A stretch of 64,000 bases of DNA, taken from Epiperipatus broadwayi. Taxonomy: Eukaryota > Animalia > Onychophora. Location of the stretch: assembly GCA_028023455.1 (NCBI GenBank), contig JAQFVV010000007.1:7130001-7194000 (forward strand), in the 5' to 3' direction. Below are positions 39,003 through 53,102 of the stretch, one piece after another (the stretch's first letter is position 1; each line of letters opens with the position of its first letter). Below the pieces are notes generated by a model, which saw nothing but the letters and a program-made list of their open reading frames with translations, made no database searches and was not told the DNA's origin. Made by a program: the position numbers and the translations under genes.

Positions 39003-42000
39003 AAATTATTACAACTTTGGCATTATTAATTTGGTAAGTTAAGTTGTGATAAAATCACGGTGTACAATGAACATTCAACCTTTCTCAGGTTTCTGTTTTG
39101 TTTTTTTCAATTTGCTTAGAAACAATAGTAGAGTGGCTGATATCAGAGCTTAATCTAATCTTGCCATTCTGTATGGTATATTATGGATCATACTCTATGC
39201 TTGTAATTTCTAATTCATCAGCTTTTTATAAAATTCTAGTCATAAACCATTCGATCATTTATTATATTTAGTTTTCAAAATGTTATCATTCATTTTTCAT
39301 TTATAATAAATTCAACTTGCACTTTTTTTAAAAAAATTACAGTAAGTCTGACAATATTCATATTATTATAAATAATTCTTCCAATTTATGCAATCTTCCT
39401 TCATTTGAAGTAATTTTCTATTGCAACTATATATTTAAAAGTTTCTTTTTATCAAATGGTTCACTTAAGTCTATAAATTGCACTTTTTAGAATTTTCTCA
39501 TCTCAATGGTCAGTCACTGGCTTAATATGAGGATTACAATTTACTTTTGTTTATCACTAGTAGAGGATTTTCTCCTTCATCCCACGAAACAGCATCATCT
39601 GATACACTCCCAAATATAAGGAATACATAACACTTATATACTCACTGGCAGAATAAATTTCAAATGAAGCTAAATAATTGAAATAAATTTTCATTGGTAT
39701 AATGAACACACACATAGATATTGTTTAGCAAATAAATAATGTATCACAAATCCTTTAAAGTTTGAAAGAAAACCTTGCTATTTTTCTAGTCTTAAGTTTA
39801 GATTAAAAAAAAAAAAAAAGCAGTAAATAATATCATGGTGATGGCCCATGCACTGATGTGTATTTCATTTTTCTTAGTTTACTATTAACAATCATATGTT
39901 AATAAAACATGTGATGATAATAATAAACAAAGCAGATATTAAGAATTAATTTGCCTTGAGTAGACCTTTTAAGCTCTCAAAGAAAAATAAATTTTAATTT
40001 CAGTCAGTTAATAATAATTCCCATTTTTATAACCACAAAATAATATCTTTACAATCTAACTATAATAAATACATCTGCTGATTATAAAGGAAATTAAGCA
40101 ATGGGTGACTGGAAAACTCAAATACCATAAGTGAGTCAAATAATATTTATCAATTTATAAAAAAATATATTTATTTATTCATTTATTTGTAAATAAATTA
40201 TAGAAGAGATTAAATAATCTATATTTCAGTTTCCGGAAATCATTTTCTCTCTCAGATATCAAACTAAGAAAACTACTTCCAGAATTTTTATATATGACAC
40301 AATAACTTAGATAATAGTTCAGTTTTATAAAATATTTTCTTTCTCAGATGCCAAGCTGGTAAATGTTTTTTTTTATTTTTGTACTTTATAATACATCAAC
40401 CATTTATTTTCTCATTTATGAATAATATTTGTCAGTTTACAAAAAAATATTTATTTATTTTTATCCTTTGCTATCAAAAAGTAAATGAATAAATAAATAA
40501 AGGTTAGTGAATTATGTCATTTGTTTTTCATGAATATGTTTGTTTTTATCCCAAAACGTCCAAGTAAAAAGTAATTTTTTTTTCCTTTAGCAAAACTATT
40601 TTTTTTTTTTTTTTTTTTTAAAGTTTGGTGGGTAATGTATATAATATAAATAAAATTTATATATAATAAATCTTAGTCCTATTTGTGTTGAAAAGTCTAT
40701 TACAATAGTTTTACCAGAGGGAATGTTAATAATAGTATCAATAGACTTGAAAACTAAATATTCTCTGATCAAAGCCCAACTTATTTCTAGTGCTTTAATA
40801 TTACATGACTCTTGATTAGATGATTTTTAAAGTATCTGATATTAGTTAATAAAAATGTAAAATATCCATGGCTTCTTGTGTGTGTGCAGCATATCTTGAA
40901 AATTAAAACGTAAATAAATTTGAAGGACTAATGTTTTTTGAATAACTGTTATTCCATTTCAATTTTTAAAAAAATGTCATTTAGACATTATGAATGGTTG
41001 GCTTTTGGGAGTTTACATTTAGTAAAACTATGAACTATATATTATTTTGTTTTTATCAGTGTATTCTCTCAACCCCACACTTTTTCATTATGAATGTATT
41101 TCACAAACAACCTTCATTCATGATATGAGCTAGACTACCAAATACCTGAATATCCATGCTTATGCCAATGTCTCAATATTTTTCTTCTATATCATTGTCA
41201 TGAATGATAGGGAATAATTTCTATTCACTTTTAACACCTTGTGAATGGATGACTCACCACTGCCTTGCAATGATATTTTCAAGTTTTTTTGGTTTTTGTA
41301 AGGGCAACCCTCAGAGTCTATCCACTCTAATACAACTATCTGCCAGCACAGAAACCCAGACCATTCTCTCTGACTCAGAATGCATTTCATCTAGTAAACT
41401 AGAGATATTAAATACCCAAATTTCCACACCTTTATGGCAACTCAGCATTTTTCCAAAACACTATTCTCACACAAAACACAAATTGTTTTCTGCCCACTTC
41501 TAATGCCTAATGGAAGGGTGAGTAATCATTACATTACAGAGATAGGTTCAAATTGTTTAGTTTTGATTAATGCATTTTTCATTTCATCTCCACCATATCA
41601 CAATCCTCTACCAATGCAGAAATTAAGTCATCTACCCCCCCCCCAAAAAAAAAAAACTTGTGAGATTAATTTGTATTAAGAAATAGGAAGCAATACAAAC
41701 TATGATACAAACTATTAGTATCAATCAATCCTTATTATTTTGTTACAAGTTGACTAAATACCTCTCATGTAGAAAATTTAATGCATAGTGTAATGAGTGT
41801 CAGTTGTCATGCAACAGCATGCCATGCTCATGATCTAGAAATTAAATCTGAGATTCCAGGTGATGAAAAATAATTCTAACAAGAATAGGATTTTATTAAA
41901 CATTTAAATCTTTATTGGACAGTGAGTGATATTAAAATACAAAATTGAAAACATTAAATCACCACAAAACTATGGCACACATCAGGTTGAGTACAAACTT

Positions 42001-43557
42001 CCTTTTTACAGTTCCACCATGGAATGATTTGGAGAAACTGATTTAATTTCAATATATAACACACGCACATATAACAAACACACATACAGCAGAAATAGAA
42101 ACAAAAATCAATTTGCCCATTCCAATAATATTAAGCAATCTAATAATAAAAATATTTTATATCAACACATTTCCACAATACTATTAAGCTTGTAAACAGG
42201 ATGAATAAGCGCACTTTTCAGTAATCTGAGTAATTGGACAGGCCCTGCTGCAATTCATCAAGTGAACCAGACAGACAAGCATTATTTATCTTGTCGTAGT
42301 TAGTGATTTTCACAATTCCCTTACCAAGTTTTCAAGATAGCGATCCAGAAGTTGTCCAGAGGATCAAAGAGAAACTACTTAACATTCGGCTGATCTTTCC
42401 AACATTTCATTAAAAACATGTCAAAATAATAATAATAATTTGTGCCTTCCGAGTGAAATGAAAATAAAGAAAGACGTAAAAGTCAGTTCTTCAAAGAAAT
42501 TCTATATCTCACGCACACAAAAGTGAAAGATATTGATACCTAATATATATATTATATAAGCACACATTCCCCATACTATTAATAAATAACTATAATAAAT
42601 CATGCTTATAAAACACCTCTTGACCCAGTGGTCGAAACTATATCATTACCAATGCATTTTTGTTTTATAATCAGTACCTTTAATTTTAATCTGATCAATA
42701 TAATTAATTTAGGACTTTTACCTTTCTATAATAATAGGATAGTTAGCAGGTTTGAAGAAGGGCCAATTACCGTGAAAACATATGTAAAACATTTTTCATA
42801 TTTTCTTAGAAGTCAGCAACTGGACAAAAAAAAAAAAAAATCAAAGTTCCGCAAAATTTAAACCTCATGTCATATGCATAACTGGTAAAATGCACAAGTC
42901 TATGCATCATAAAACACTTTCTATGATTAGCAATTATTTACATTATTTTTAAACACAGTCTATACATTACTGTTTTAGTTTGACTAACATGATTATTTAA
43001 TTAAAGCGATGTTCAACATTTTAAACTAGCGTAAATAAATATTTTCAAAAGTTATTATAAACAAACAACTGGTTTATGAAATATCAAAAAAGTTATTAAA
43101 AAATGGATGTCGGAATTTAAAATCAAATTTATTGAGATCTCTCGTTAAGATAGAATCAGCAGTTAAACTAAGATTATAAATATTGTGAACAAATCAAAGA
43201 TACTCTTAATATTTCCCATCATTCTTATATTTAAGCGTCTATTATCCTGAAAAGATAAAATCCCTAAACAATAAACAATTACTATTATTATTTACATATT
43301 TAATTAATAAAATTATCGTAAATAATAACAATGATTATGTTCTTTTTATATATATATATAAATAAACAAAACATTTTTCTTTAAATTTGGCCCACTAATT
43401 ATAATATATATATTTAAAATTCAGGCATTCTTCATATACCTGAAGCTTAATTGTAAATATAGAGGATTTGAATTCAGACTTTCAAGCAATTTTCAACTAT
43501 CCACACTATATCATACCACTGATACACATGATCACACACAAGTAGAAAAGATAATCA

Positions 43558-43599
43558 CCAATAGAGGTATTTTGTGCTAAACCAGCACTCATCAGTTGG
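43558..43599 (-). ncRNA. Degenerate hammerhead motif, family B (GAAA to AAAA)
   Basis: Minus strand CCAA-CUGAUGA-GUGCU-GGUUU-AGCAC-AAAA-UACCUC-UA-UUGG. Confidence 0.55.
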
Positions 43600-43679
43600 T
43601 CCAGATTATCATTACCCACATATATATATATAATCACTGAACACTGATTATATATGTGTGTGGGAGATGATAATCTGGA

Positions 43680-43721
43680 CCAACTGATGAGTGCTGGTTT
43701 AGCACGAAATACGTGTTTTGG
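43680..43721 (+). ncRNA. Type I hammerhead ribozyme, family B, core intact
   Basis: CCAA-CUGAUGA-GUGCU-GGUUU-AGCAC-GAAA-UACGUG-UU-UUGG. It has a 5-bp stem II, a near-palindromic stem III and a GUU site. Stem I extends through a UGG bulge into GAUAAUC/GAUUAUU. Confidence 0.85.
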
Positions 43722-44523
43722 TGATTATTTATCTTTTCTACAAGTGTGTGGTCATGTGTATCAGTGGTATGAGATCGTGTGGATAGTTGACAGGTACTTG
43801 AAAGTCTGAGTTCAAATCCCCTATATATATAATCTGTCATCGAACATATTCAACTATCCTCATTTCCTTTATAAATTTTATTTATTATATTGACTAATTT
43901 ATATATATAATCTATGCATTAATTACAAATATTATGGATTAATAAATGTATAGGTAATTACTATATTTTGAAATTACATAATGTTATATAGATATATATG
44001 TAATTTATAAACCTATATATAAAAAAAACATAGGAATAACCTTGACAACCATAGAATATGATCAAACATTAGTGAAGTAAGAAAAAAAATACAGATTATA
44101 TAGATATACAGTATGTAAGTTGGTTCATGTAAAGAAAATTATGTTATGTTGGAAGGTGTGTATTAAAAAAGTATGAATACAGTTTAAAATTAGAACTTTG
44201 AAATTTATATCAATTTCATCATTTTCCAAATGAGAATACATTGATAAAAATACAAGAACTAAAAATAATATTCTGAAACAAATTTCAAAAGTGACAAATA
44301 CATATATTTCTAAAAATCATATTTATAAATGGAAGATAAATATAGAAAAATATTGCCTACAGACACCCATTGTATGTAATATCAATAACCATATGTAATA
44401 CGTAAAACTCAAACTATTCTACAATTTTCAGTATATCAATACAACTTTAAGGATTTAATGAGATTAATCTCAGAAAATGTAAAACAAAATATACGTACAA
44501 CTGTATTAGAAATAAGCTTTATA

Positions 44524-44845
44524 TAGTATAATTAGCAAAGTATGCTTAGCATGCTTTTGACCACTTAATCATAATAGTCATAATCATGGCATTGATGGTG
44601 AAAAGAATGTAATGATGCCAAATGCAAAGTGAAACATGCAATTAACAAAAAGAATTCCTGTATCCCCCCTTTAAAAAAAAGGCCAACATAGCTTATATAC
44701 CATTCAATTATGCAAATGCTCTATTGTGACTTGCTAACTAATAAATACCACAATTTTCTTCTCACCATCAATGCCATGATAAGGACTGTTATTATTACGT
44801 GGTCAAAAGGATGCTACGCATACTTTGCTTATTATACAACATAAA
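44524..44845. repeat. MITE-like foldback, about 90-bp arms
   Basis: gcaaagtatgcttagcat...catggcattgatggtga versus tcaccatcaatgccatg...atgctacgcatactttgc. Confidence 0.75.
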
Positions 44846-45089
44846 GTTTATCTCTAATATGATTATATGTATATTTTGTAAATATACCAATAGATAAATA
44901 AATTGTTTATTTGTTTATATATTAATATACTGAAAAATGTAGATTTAATTCCAATATTGTATTTTATTGTATATATTGTATAGACTTGTTCACTATAGAT
45001 AACACACAAAAGATGTAACCTTAATGGATATTTAGAGTTTATAAAAGAAAAATAAACACAGACAAAAGACAATTACATACATATTTTAA

Positions 45090-47206
45090 TTATGAATTTA
45101 TTAAACGCACATTGATTATGTAAGTAATATTTACTGAGGCTATAACCTCAATAATATGCATATAAAATGCGATAGTAGGGACCTCTACAGGTGTTTTAAC
45201 CACAAGCTTATGGTATAAAAGAAAAGAGGGGAACCCTTCTTTACTTCAACCTACTTTCTATTTAAATAGGTGAAGCTGAAGCGGTTATTCAATACTTCAC
45301 TGATTAAGTCCACATTTCTTATTACACATTAATACTTGCAAAATCTTTCGATTTACAACGAGTCAATGGAAAGATTTTATATTTAGAAATCTATTACAGT
45401 AATTTAAAGTTGTAATTATAAATTTATTAAACGCACATTGATTACATAAGTAATATTTACTGAGGCTATAACCTCGATAATATGCGTATAAAATACGATA
45501 GTAGGGACCTCTACAGGTGTTTTAACCACAAGCTTAAATCTATGGAAGAAAAGAGGGGAACCCTTCTTTACTTCAACCTACTTTCTATTTAAATAGGTGA
45601 AGCTGAAGTGGTTAGATCTGTGAGCATGAAGCTATTCAATACTTCACTGATTAAGTCCACATTTCTTATTACACATTAATTCTTTAACCGCCTCTTATGA
45701 GGCATCTCGTCGACATCTGACGTCACTCTAATTCTGCTAGTTTTAATGGTAGAATATTCGTTTGACAGTTATTGATTAGATTTTTAAAAGTTCTGTAAGA
45801 TGGTGCCCTCTTCCGAATTATTTTACAAGTAAAAAATCAAAAAAACCGCATTTAAAACTAAACAAAGAAGAACCTTGTCGGTGATTGGCTGTCAGCCGGC
45901 TCTCAGCCGAAAAAGACATTCTGATTGGCTGGAAAGAACAAAGAAACCACCTGATCAAAGAAAATAAAGAAAAACGCTGAGATTTTCATTTCGAATGTAA
46001 TTTAAGTATTAAAAAAATATAAAATGAGAAATTAAAATAGTTTTTTAAAAAATATACTAAAAAAACAAAATTATTTTCGAAAAATATTGAAGATTTTAGT
46101 AAAAATATTTAAGATTTAGCAAAAAGAAATCTTTACTTTTCCATAACGTAAAATTGAAAAAAAGCATTTGCGTCAGCACTTTTTTGTTTAGATATTTGCT
46201 TTATATTTGCAGAAATTAAATATATTTTATAATAAATAAATAGCAATTTATTTTTGAAAGAACTTTTGTTCTCTTTCATAACCTGAAAAATTAGTAATAT
46301 ACTTTTTATAAACGTATCTGAGTTGAATTTAATATTATAGGCGAATATGTTTTAACAATAGGCTTTGTCTTCAGTTTGTGAGTTGGCCAATTAATAGATT
46401 TGATTTTTACCTCATACAACCAATAATATAATTAGCGGTTAAAGGGTTAATACTCGTGAAATCTTTCGATTTACAATGAGTCAATGGAAAGATTTTATAT
46501 TTAGAAATCTATTACAGTAATTTAAAGTTGTAATTATAAATTTATTAAATGCACATTGATTATGTAAGTAATATTTACTGAGACTATAACCTCAATAATA
46601 TGCATATAAAATGCGATAGTAGGGACCCCTACAGGTGTTTTTTGCGAGTATTAATATGTAATAAGAAATGTGGACTTAATCAGTGAAGTATTGAATAGCT
46701 TCATGCTCACAGATCTAACCATTTCAGCTTCACCTATTTAAATAGAAAGTAGGTTGAAGTAAAGTAGGGTGCGTAAGCTTGTGGTTAAAACACCTGTAGA
46801 GGTCCCTACTATCGCATTTTATACGCATATTATCGAGGTTATAGCCTCAGTAAATATTACTTATGTAATCAATGTGCATTTAATAAATTTATAATTACAT
46901 CTTTAAATTGCTGTAATAGATTTCTAAATATAAAATCTTTCCATTGACTCGTTGTAAATCGAAAGATTTTGCGAGTATTAATGTGTAATAAGAAATGTGG
47001 ACTTAATCAGTGAAGTATTGAATAGCTTCATGCTCGCAGATCTAACCACTTTAGCTTCACCTATTTAAATAGAAAGTAGATTGAAGTAAAGAAGGGTTCC
47101 CCTCTTTTCTTCCATAGTGTAAGCTTGTGGTTAAAACACCTGTAGAGGTCCCTACTATCGCATTTTATACGCATATTATCGAGGTTATAGCCTCAGTAAA
47201 TATTAC
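45090..47206. repeat. Family C: tandem array of about 325-347-bp units followed by an inverted tandem array
   Basis: Forward units start near 45088, 45413 and 46531; reverse units occupy about 46641-47206. Direct repeat attacatacatattttaa at 45072-45089 and 47202-47219. Confidence 0.9.
45680..46446. mobile_element. Non-autonomous piggyBac-like element, 767 bp
   Basis: TTAA duplicated at 45676-79 and 46447-50. Ends ttctttaaccgc / gcggttaaaggg. The empty site acacaTTAAtact is present in the sister repeat unit near 45325. Confidence 0.75.
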
Positions 47207-47699
47207 ATACATATTTTAAATAAAATCGTGAATGACATAATGATGAATTAAATAATAAAATTTGATATTTTGAAATACTATAAAATATTTAAAATGAAGT
47301 ATAAAAATGACTTTTATATACAAATAAATTATTTTATTTATTTCTGACTTTAAGAAAAAATAAATTTTTAATGTAATAAACAGGAAAATATTTTTTTTTT
47401 GTACAAAATAAGATATTGGTTTTAATGGATATAGAATTATTACAAAAATTGTGTTCAACATAATATACTTGATGCGATTAAAAACATTTAATTAAGAAAT
47501 TATATTTAAACTTAATTGATTTTGATACATTAACAACAAAATCTTTAATAACTGAAACACAGGCTTATTCTATACCTGTGTCTATATATGTAATATATAG
47601 GGTATATGAGCACAGACTTTCAGATGACCCATCACTCTCCACTCTATCTAATAACACTGATACACTCAAGCACATATATGCTGAAAAGATAAATAATCA

Positions 47700-47741
47700 C
47701 CAATATATGTATTTCATGCTAAACCAGCAATCATCACTTGG
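47700..47741 (-). ncRNA. Degenerate hammerhead motif, family B (C3 to G)
   Basis: Minus strand CCAA-GUGAUGA-UUGCU-GGUUU-AGCAU-GAAA-UACAUA-UA-UUGG. Confidence 0.55.
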
Positions 47742-48208
47742 TCCAGATTATCATCTCCCACACATATATACTATAAGTGCTCAGATATATATTAAGATAG
47801 ATAATCTTCATACTTTAATGGACAGGCTCCAATCTACTACACACTTCAACTCTTCAACTGTCCATCCAATTAAAAATCTGATGATGGAATGCTCGAAGGC
47901 CACCCTTAGAATAAGCCTGTGTTTCAGAATAATTTAGAGATGTCTGCCCATCCTTGCAAATGTATTAAATGGATTATGTCCTGTACATGTGGGGTTCAGA
48001 TTGATCTTAGGTCAACATGAGTGTGACAAGAATCTCGGCCTCAGGGTGGCCTTCGAGCATTCCATCATCAGATTTTTCAATTGGATGGATGGTTGAAGAG
48101 TTGGAGTGTGTAGTAGATTGGAGCCTGTCCATTAAAGTATGAAGGTTGTCTATCTTAATATATATCTGAGTGCTTATAGTATATATGTGTGGGAGATGAT
48201 AATCTGGA

Positions 48209-48250
48209 CCAACTGATGATTGCTGGTTTAGCATGAAATATGTATATTGG
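48209..48250 (+). ncRNA. Hammerhead motif, family B, U.U mismatch at base of stem II
   Basis: CCAA-CUGAUGA-UUGCU-GGUUU-AGCAU-GAAA-UAUGUA-UA-UUGG. Confidence 0.65.
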
Positions 48251-51200
48251 TGATTATTTATCTTTTCAGCATATATCTGCTTGAGTGTATCAGTGTTATT
48301 AGATAGAGTGGAAAGTGATGGAAAATCTTTAATATTGTTATAATCTTGTTTTTATTAATTAAAAAGAAAAAAAAATACTATCAACACATATATTGATGAA
48401 TATTTGATCCATTTTAAGTAGAAAAAATTCCGAAGGCCAGTTTCTAGCTATTTTCACACTGGAGAAGTTTGAGGTTCCCATAAAAGCATGCACTGGTTTC
48501 TCTGTGAAGACCCATAGCCAGATATATGTGAAGCAGGCAGTGCTGATTATTTGTTAGCTTCATTTATTAAAGAAATTATTTTGTCTATCTATTAACAAGA
48601 ACATGGCATATAGGCAATCTTTATGTAGATGGTAAATTGTTTTAATAAATACTTATTTACATGTGTATTTTATTGCTATGTGTATGCTATTGTTATCATT
48701 AGATTATATTAGAGAATTATAATTATGTTAGAGTGACTACAGTCCTGGTATTAAGCATCTATTTATTTTTATGGTATAATTTTATATGTTATTTTCAAGT
48801 TATATCTTAGCTGTTGTTTAAAAATGTACCACAATATCATATTTGTACTTTAATGCTTAGATGTGCTTACAGTGTTTTAACTTAAGGATTTCTTGTCAAA
48901 ATGTAACTGTTGGTTTATATGGGTGTTTAGTTCTTTATGTTTTATTCCTGTAGCACATAGAATAAGTTGTAGGGTAAACACATGTCTTCTATCCATGTGT
49001 GCAGATTTGGCCATTATGATGTAATTCCCATATGCTTCCTATTTCTAGTTATTCAAATGTCTTTATGAGAAAAAACCCAATTACAGACATCACATCTAAT
49101 TTAGCAATTATATATTGGAAGTTTTGATGAATGTTATTCCATCCACATAAACTTATGTATTTGTGCATAGCTTTAGCATTACACATAGGCAATTCTAATG
49201 ATAATTTAAATATAAAAGTAAAATAATTGTGACTTTACCAAGTAATCATTATAGCATTAGAGACAGTAAATTAAATTATAAATTGGTAATTAGAAGATAG
49301 TTTATAATTATTATTTTAAAAAATATATATAAGAGGAATAATTATAATACATTATTTTTAAATATATTAATTTTAAATTTAAAACTATTTTAAATATGTC
49401 TTAAGTTATTATTTAATTCCAAAATATTGGAATTTATTTATAATTGTATTGAATATTCTTTCAGAAATTATACTTATAAAGAGTTTAATTATTATTAAAT
49501 AGTCAATAATTAATTAAAACAGAGTATACACTTATTAATTAAGTGAAGAAAATATGAATTTACTATAAAAGATAAAACATGCTTTTAACCAATATTAATG
49601 GTTAGTTCTACAGCACCTACTGTTATGGTAGTATTTTATATTGCTTATATTAGTATAACTAATGTGTAATTTATAATTGTGCCAGCCTTAGTCAAAAATA
49701 TTTACCCATTTGAAAATATAATAAATAGGAAAAATATTTGTATTCTTTATTTGGAAAAGATAAAGAAAACTTAATTGTTGACTGGAAAAGTCTTATGTTT
49801 CATATGTTACAAAAAAACATTAATAGTTTTTTTTTGTAAATTATGAAAATTTGTCTTTATAATAAATTGTTAATTTTTGTGAAACTTAAAGTTTGGTCGT
49901 TTTGCCATTATTTATGTTTTTCTGTTTTCATTTGTCATCATCACAGATCTCAATTTGACTCAATATTTACATTACAGTATATTTAAATTGCACATTGATA
50001 ATAAATTGTTTTATTTGGAAATATTTATTATGTTCATGAAAATGATTTAACTATATACGACAATTGCTTCATGAATTATAATTGGTTATCTCACTGCAGA
50101 AATCTTTTTCCAATAACTCCTATCTACTATAGAGGCGTAAAAAAAAGCATAACTTATCAGGATTACCATTTGCTAGATGTTAAGGATTTGACTGATTTTT
50201 TCTCCTATTCATATTTTATACTCTACTAGACATCCATTACATTATTGTGCTTTTATTTGTATCAAGCTTATATGTTCACAACTTTGATACCATGCACTTC
50301 AGACAAATATATCAATGATTTTTACTAATCATTTATTAAATTAGTAATTATTCTTAGCCAAGATATAAAATTTAAACATCAGCTTAAGATTAGTATATCA
50401 GTTTTTTGATAAATAAATAAATAATTCAATTATTATTAATTTTCTTATTTTCTGAATGGCTTTATTGTCCAGGAGTTCAACATTTAAATACAGAGCCAGA
50501 AGAATCAAAATAAGAATTGATCCACGAATCTTATGCTATACTCTTCATTAACTATGCATGACAGTTTTTTAATTATGCATAAACACGTGAAAAAAATTCA
50601 AGTTCATCTCTTTTTTTAGGTTTCAAATATATATTTTAAATACATTTAAGACTTCCATTCCTTTACAGACACCCCCCCCCCCATGCAAAAACGCACTTCA
50701 TGCTAAACGAGAACGTATTTCTTACGTTATGCTTTTACAATTTTTTTCCACAATTAATATCAAACGATTATACATTGATTTATAAGTGTCAAATTTCCTG
50801 CACACATATTTTTGACAACATCCGCTTCAAACAATTATAAGATTGATTCTTGTTAATGATTTGTTAAATTACAGATTATAATTAATAGATACCTGGAAAA
50901 AAATCTTCACATTTTTCTTAGTTGAAATTGAAACTATGTTGTGAAATCAGAAGTAGAACCATATCATTATACCATGAAATCCTGTGAAAAACAACAATTA
51001 TCTGTTGAATACTAGAATGGCAATAATTCAAATGGAAATAAATATGCCTTTTTTTGGTTATTAATTGTTAAAAAAAAAATTATGAAATTTTAAATTTCAG
51101 CCATTCCTAAGCATTTTTCATTGTAATATTTTTTCTCTTTCCATTACAGTTTTAAAATCCGTTAAGTGAAGAGTTAATAATAAGAAAAGAAAAAAAAAAC

Positions 51201-53102
51201 TAGTTTTTAAGTTTTCTTTTATTTTATAACTATTTAAAGAATCAAAGCTTTAAAAAAGAAATGAAACTTTTGTGAAACCATTAAATCCATATTCTTCTTT
51301 CTTAATAACTGATGAGCGGCTGTTCAATAACTAATGATATCTCATGGCACAAAGTAAAAAAAAATACCACTTTATATAAAATATATATTAAGTACGTTGA
51401 TATTACATGATGTCTTAAGTGCTAAAATAAATTTAAAACAATCGTAGTTCTTCCGTTATTATCTATAATAAACTGAAAAGTAATAGAATGGCTTTGTTGA
51501 TCAAGAGTTCATAAGTTCATGCGTCAAATGTCAGAATTGAAATCGATCTGAAACCTTTGTCCTCCGAGGCTGGAACTGTTATCATTTGTGCTAAACTGCA
51601 CACAGCACTAATTTTTATTAACAATAACAATAGCTAGTCACATATATAAGCAAACCTTGTCTCTAGTAAGGCAAAAAGAGTCACCTCTAGTTAAAACAAC
51701 ATTTTGGTCACCCACAGTGTCATTTTGGTGCTTAAGCATTATTTAATCTTCAGAATAACTAACTGCATGACTGTTTTATTGCAGAGTGAACAAAACATTA
51801 TATAAACAATTGTTCTGCACACTGCAGTTCTACTTAGGTAGTTTTTAAAAATATATATTTTTGTGACAGTATTTTGAGTACTAAGGGCATGTATGGATTA
51901 CACCAGTGGTAGAATAATAGACACAAGGGCTAAAAGTCATGAGCCAAAGTTCAAATATAACATTACCTCCAAAAAAAGTAACACCTTGATTATTTAGTGT
52001 TAAACCAAAACAGAAATGAAATATTTGTGAAGTTAAAACAGTTGAACAAAAACTTCAGCATTAATAAAAAAAGTTAAGTAAAGAACATCATTATTAAATA
52101 TTTTAGATGGCATTTGAGATAAAAAGGTATGTAGAAAATAGATTATTTCAATTTAAGTGTCAAACATTACATTGACACTATTCATTTCAGAAAATATGCC
52201 AACTCTCTTGTATTTAGACACTTTCCATTGTTCCATCGTGTGACAGCTTTTGGAAATGCTCAACATTTCTGAAGATATAAAATATTTTATACTAAAAAAT
52301 AAACTGGACTTGATTTCTTTTAAATTTAATTTCATAAATGAACAATATTCTTAAAAAATCATATTTAACCATTCTAAATATTTAAAAATGAACCTGTAAG
52401 CAAAATAATGTACCATAAATGTCACACAAGTCTTTATAATTAAATTTTTTTTTCTAAAAACTTCAATTCTTTTTTATTTTAATATTTTTTAATATGAATA
52501 AACAGACTTATGATAACTCTATTAAATTCTGCTTAAAATCTTTATTTTCTTATAAAAATTATAATATTTTAAAAGAATTTAACACCAAGACAATTCTGAT
52601 GGATAATGATATAATAGACATTTGTTTTTTTCTTTACATTATGGTCAAGTTTATTAACTTCTATTTCTAGAAATAAAACATAAATTAATAAATTGAAAAT
52701 TTACCTGTGCATTTCTTTATAACTATCAACCAATTAGTATGAAAAAATAATCAAAAATATTTTTATAAAAAAGCAAAAAATATTCTATTATCTTCACATG
52801 CAAACACTATCTTTTAATTTACACAGCTCATAATATGCTGCCCTCTTCAGATTTTTTTCAACTTTAACATCAATAAAATCATTACATTAAGTTCTATTCT
52901 TTTTTTAAAAAAACTATCAGTTATTATTACTTATGTTAATACTATGATCTAAAGTTATGGAGCAATCACATTTCTGAGAAAACTTTCTATAATTTTTAAA
53001 AATGAGGATTTACAAGTTAATGATTATTACTAATCACTCATTATGCTAGAGATTATCATATCATTCATAGCTCAGACATATGAACTTTTAACTATTTTTT
53101 TC

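Larger units (their letters stand above)
43455..43828. mobile_element. Family B inverted dimer, near-perfect foldback
   Basis: aaatatagaggatttgaattcagactttcaag ... cttgaaagtctgagttcaaatcccctatat; one HHR motif in each arm. Confidence 0.85.
47585..48320. mobile_element. Family B inverted dimer with unequal arms
   Basis: Antisense arm about 47585-47912 and sense arm about 47915-48320. The arms are highly similar over about 280 bp. Confidence 0.85.

Noticed and set aside
42200-42500. Possible host exon or promoter (minus-strand GTAAGG donor; plus-strand TCAGTT initiator)
   Set aside because: No recognisable protein; such short motifs are expected by chance.
43785-43825. B-box-like gagttcaaatcc suggesting family B is a tRNA SINE
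   Set aside because: It lies at the 3' end relative to the HHR strand and has no convincing cloverleaf.
47938-48096. Plus-strand frame ILGQHECDKNLGLRVAFEHS, faintly like a Penelope GIY-YIG YIGQT..R..EH motif
   Set aside because: Similarity is too weak by eye and may reflect expectation. An HMM search against GIY-YIG PLE profiles would be needed.
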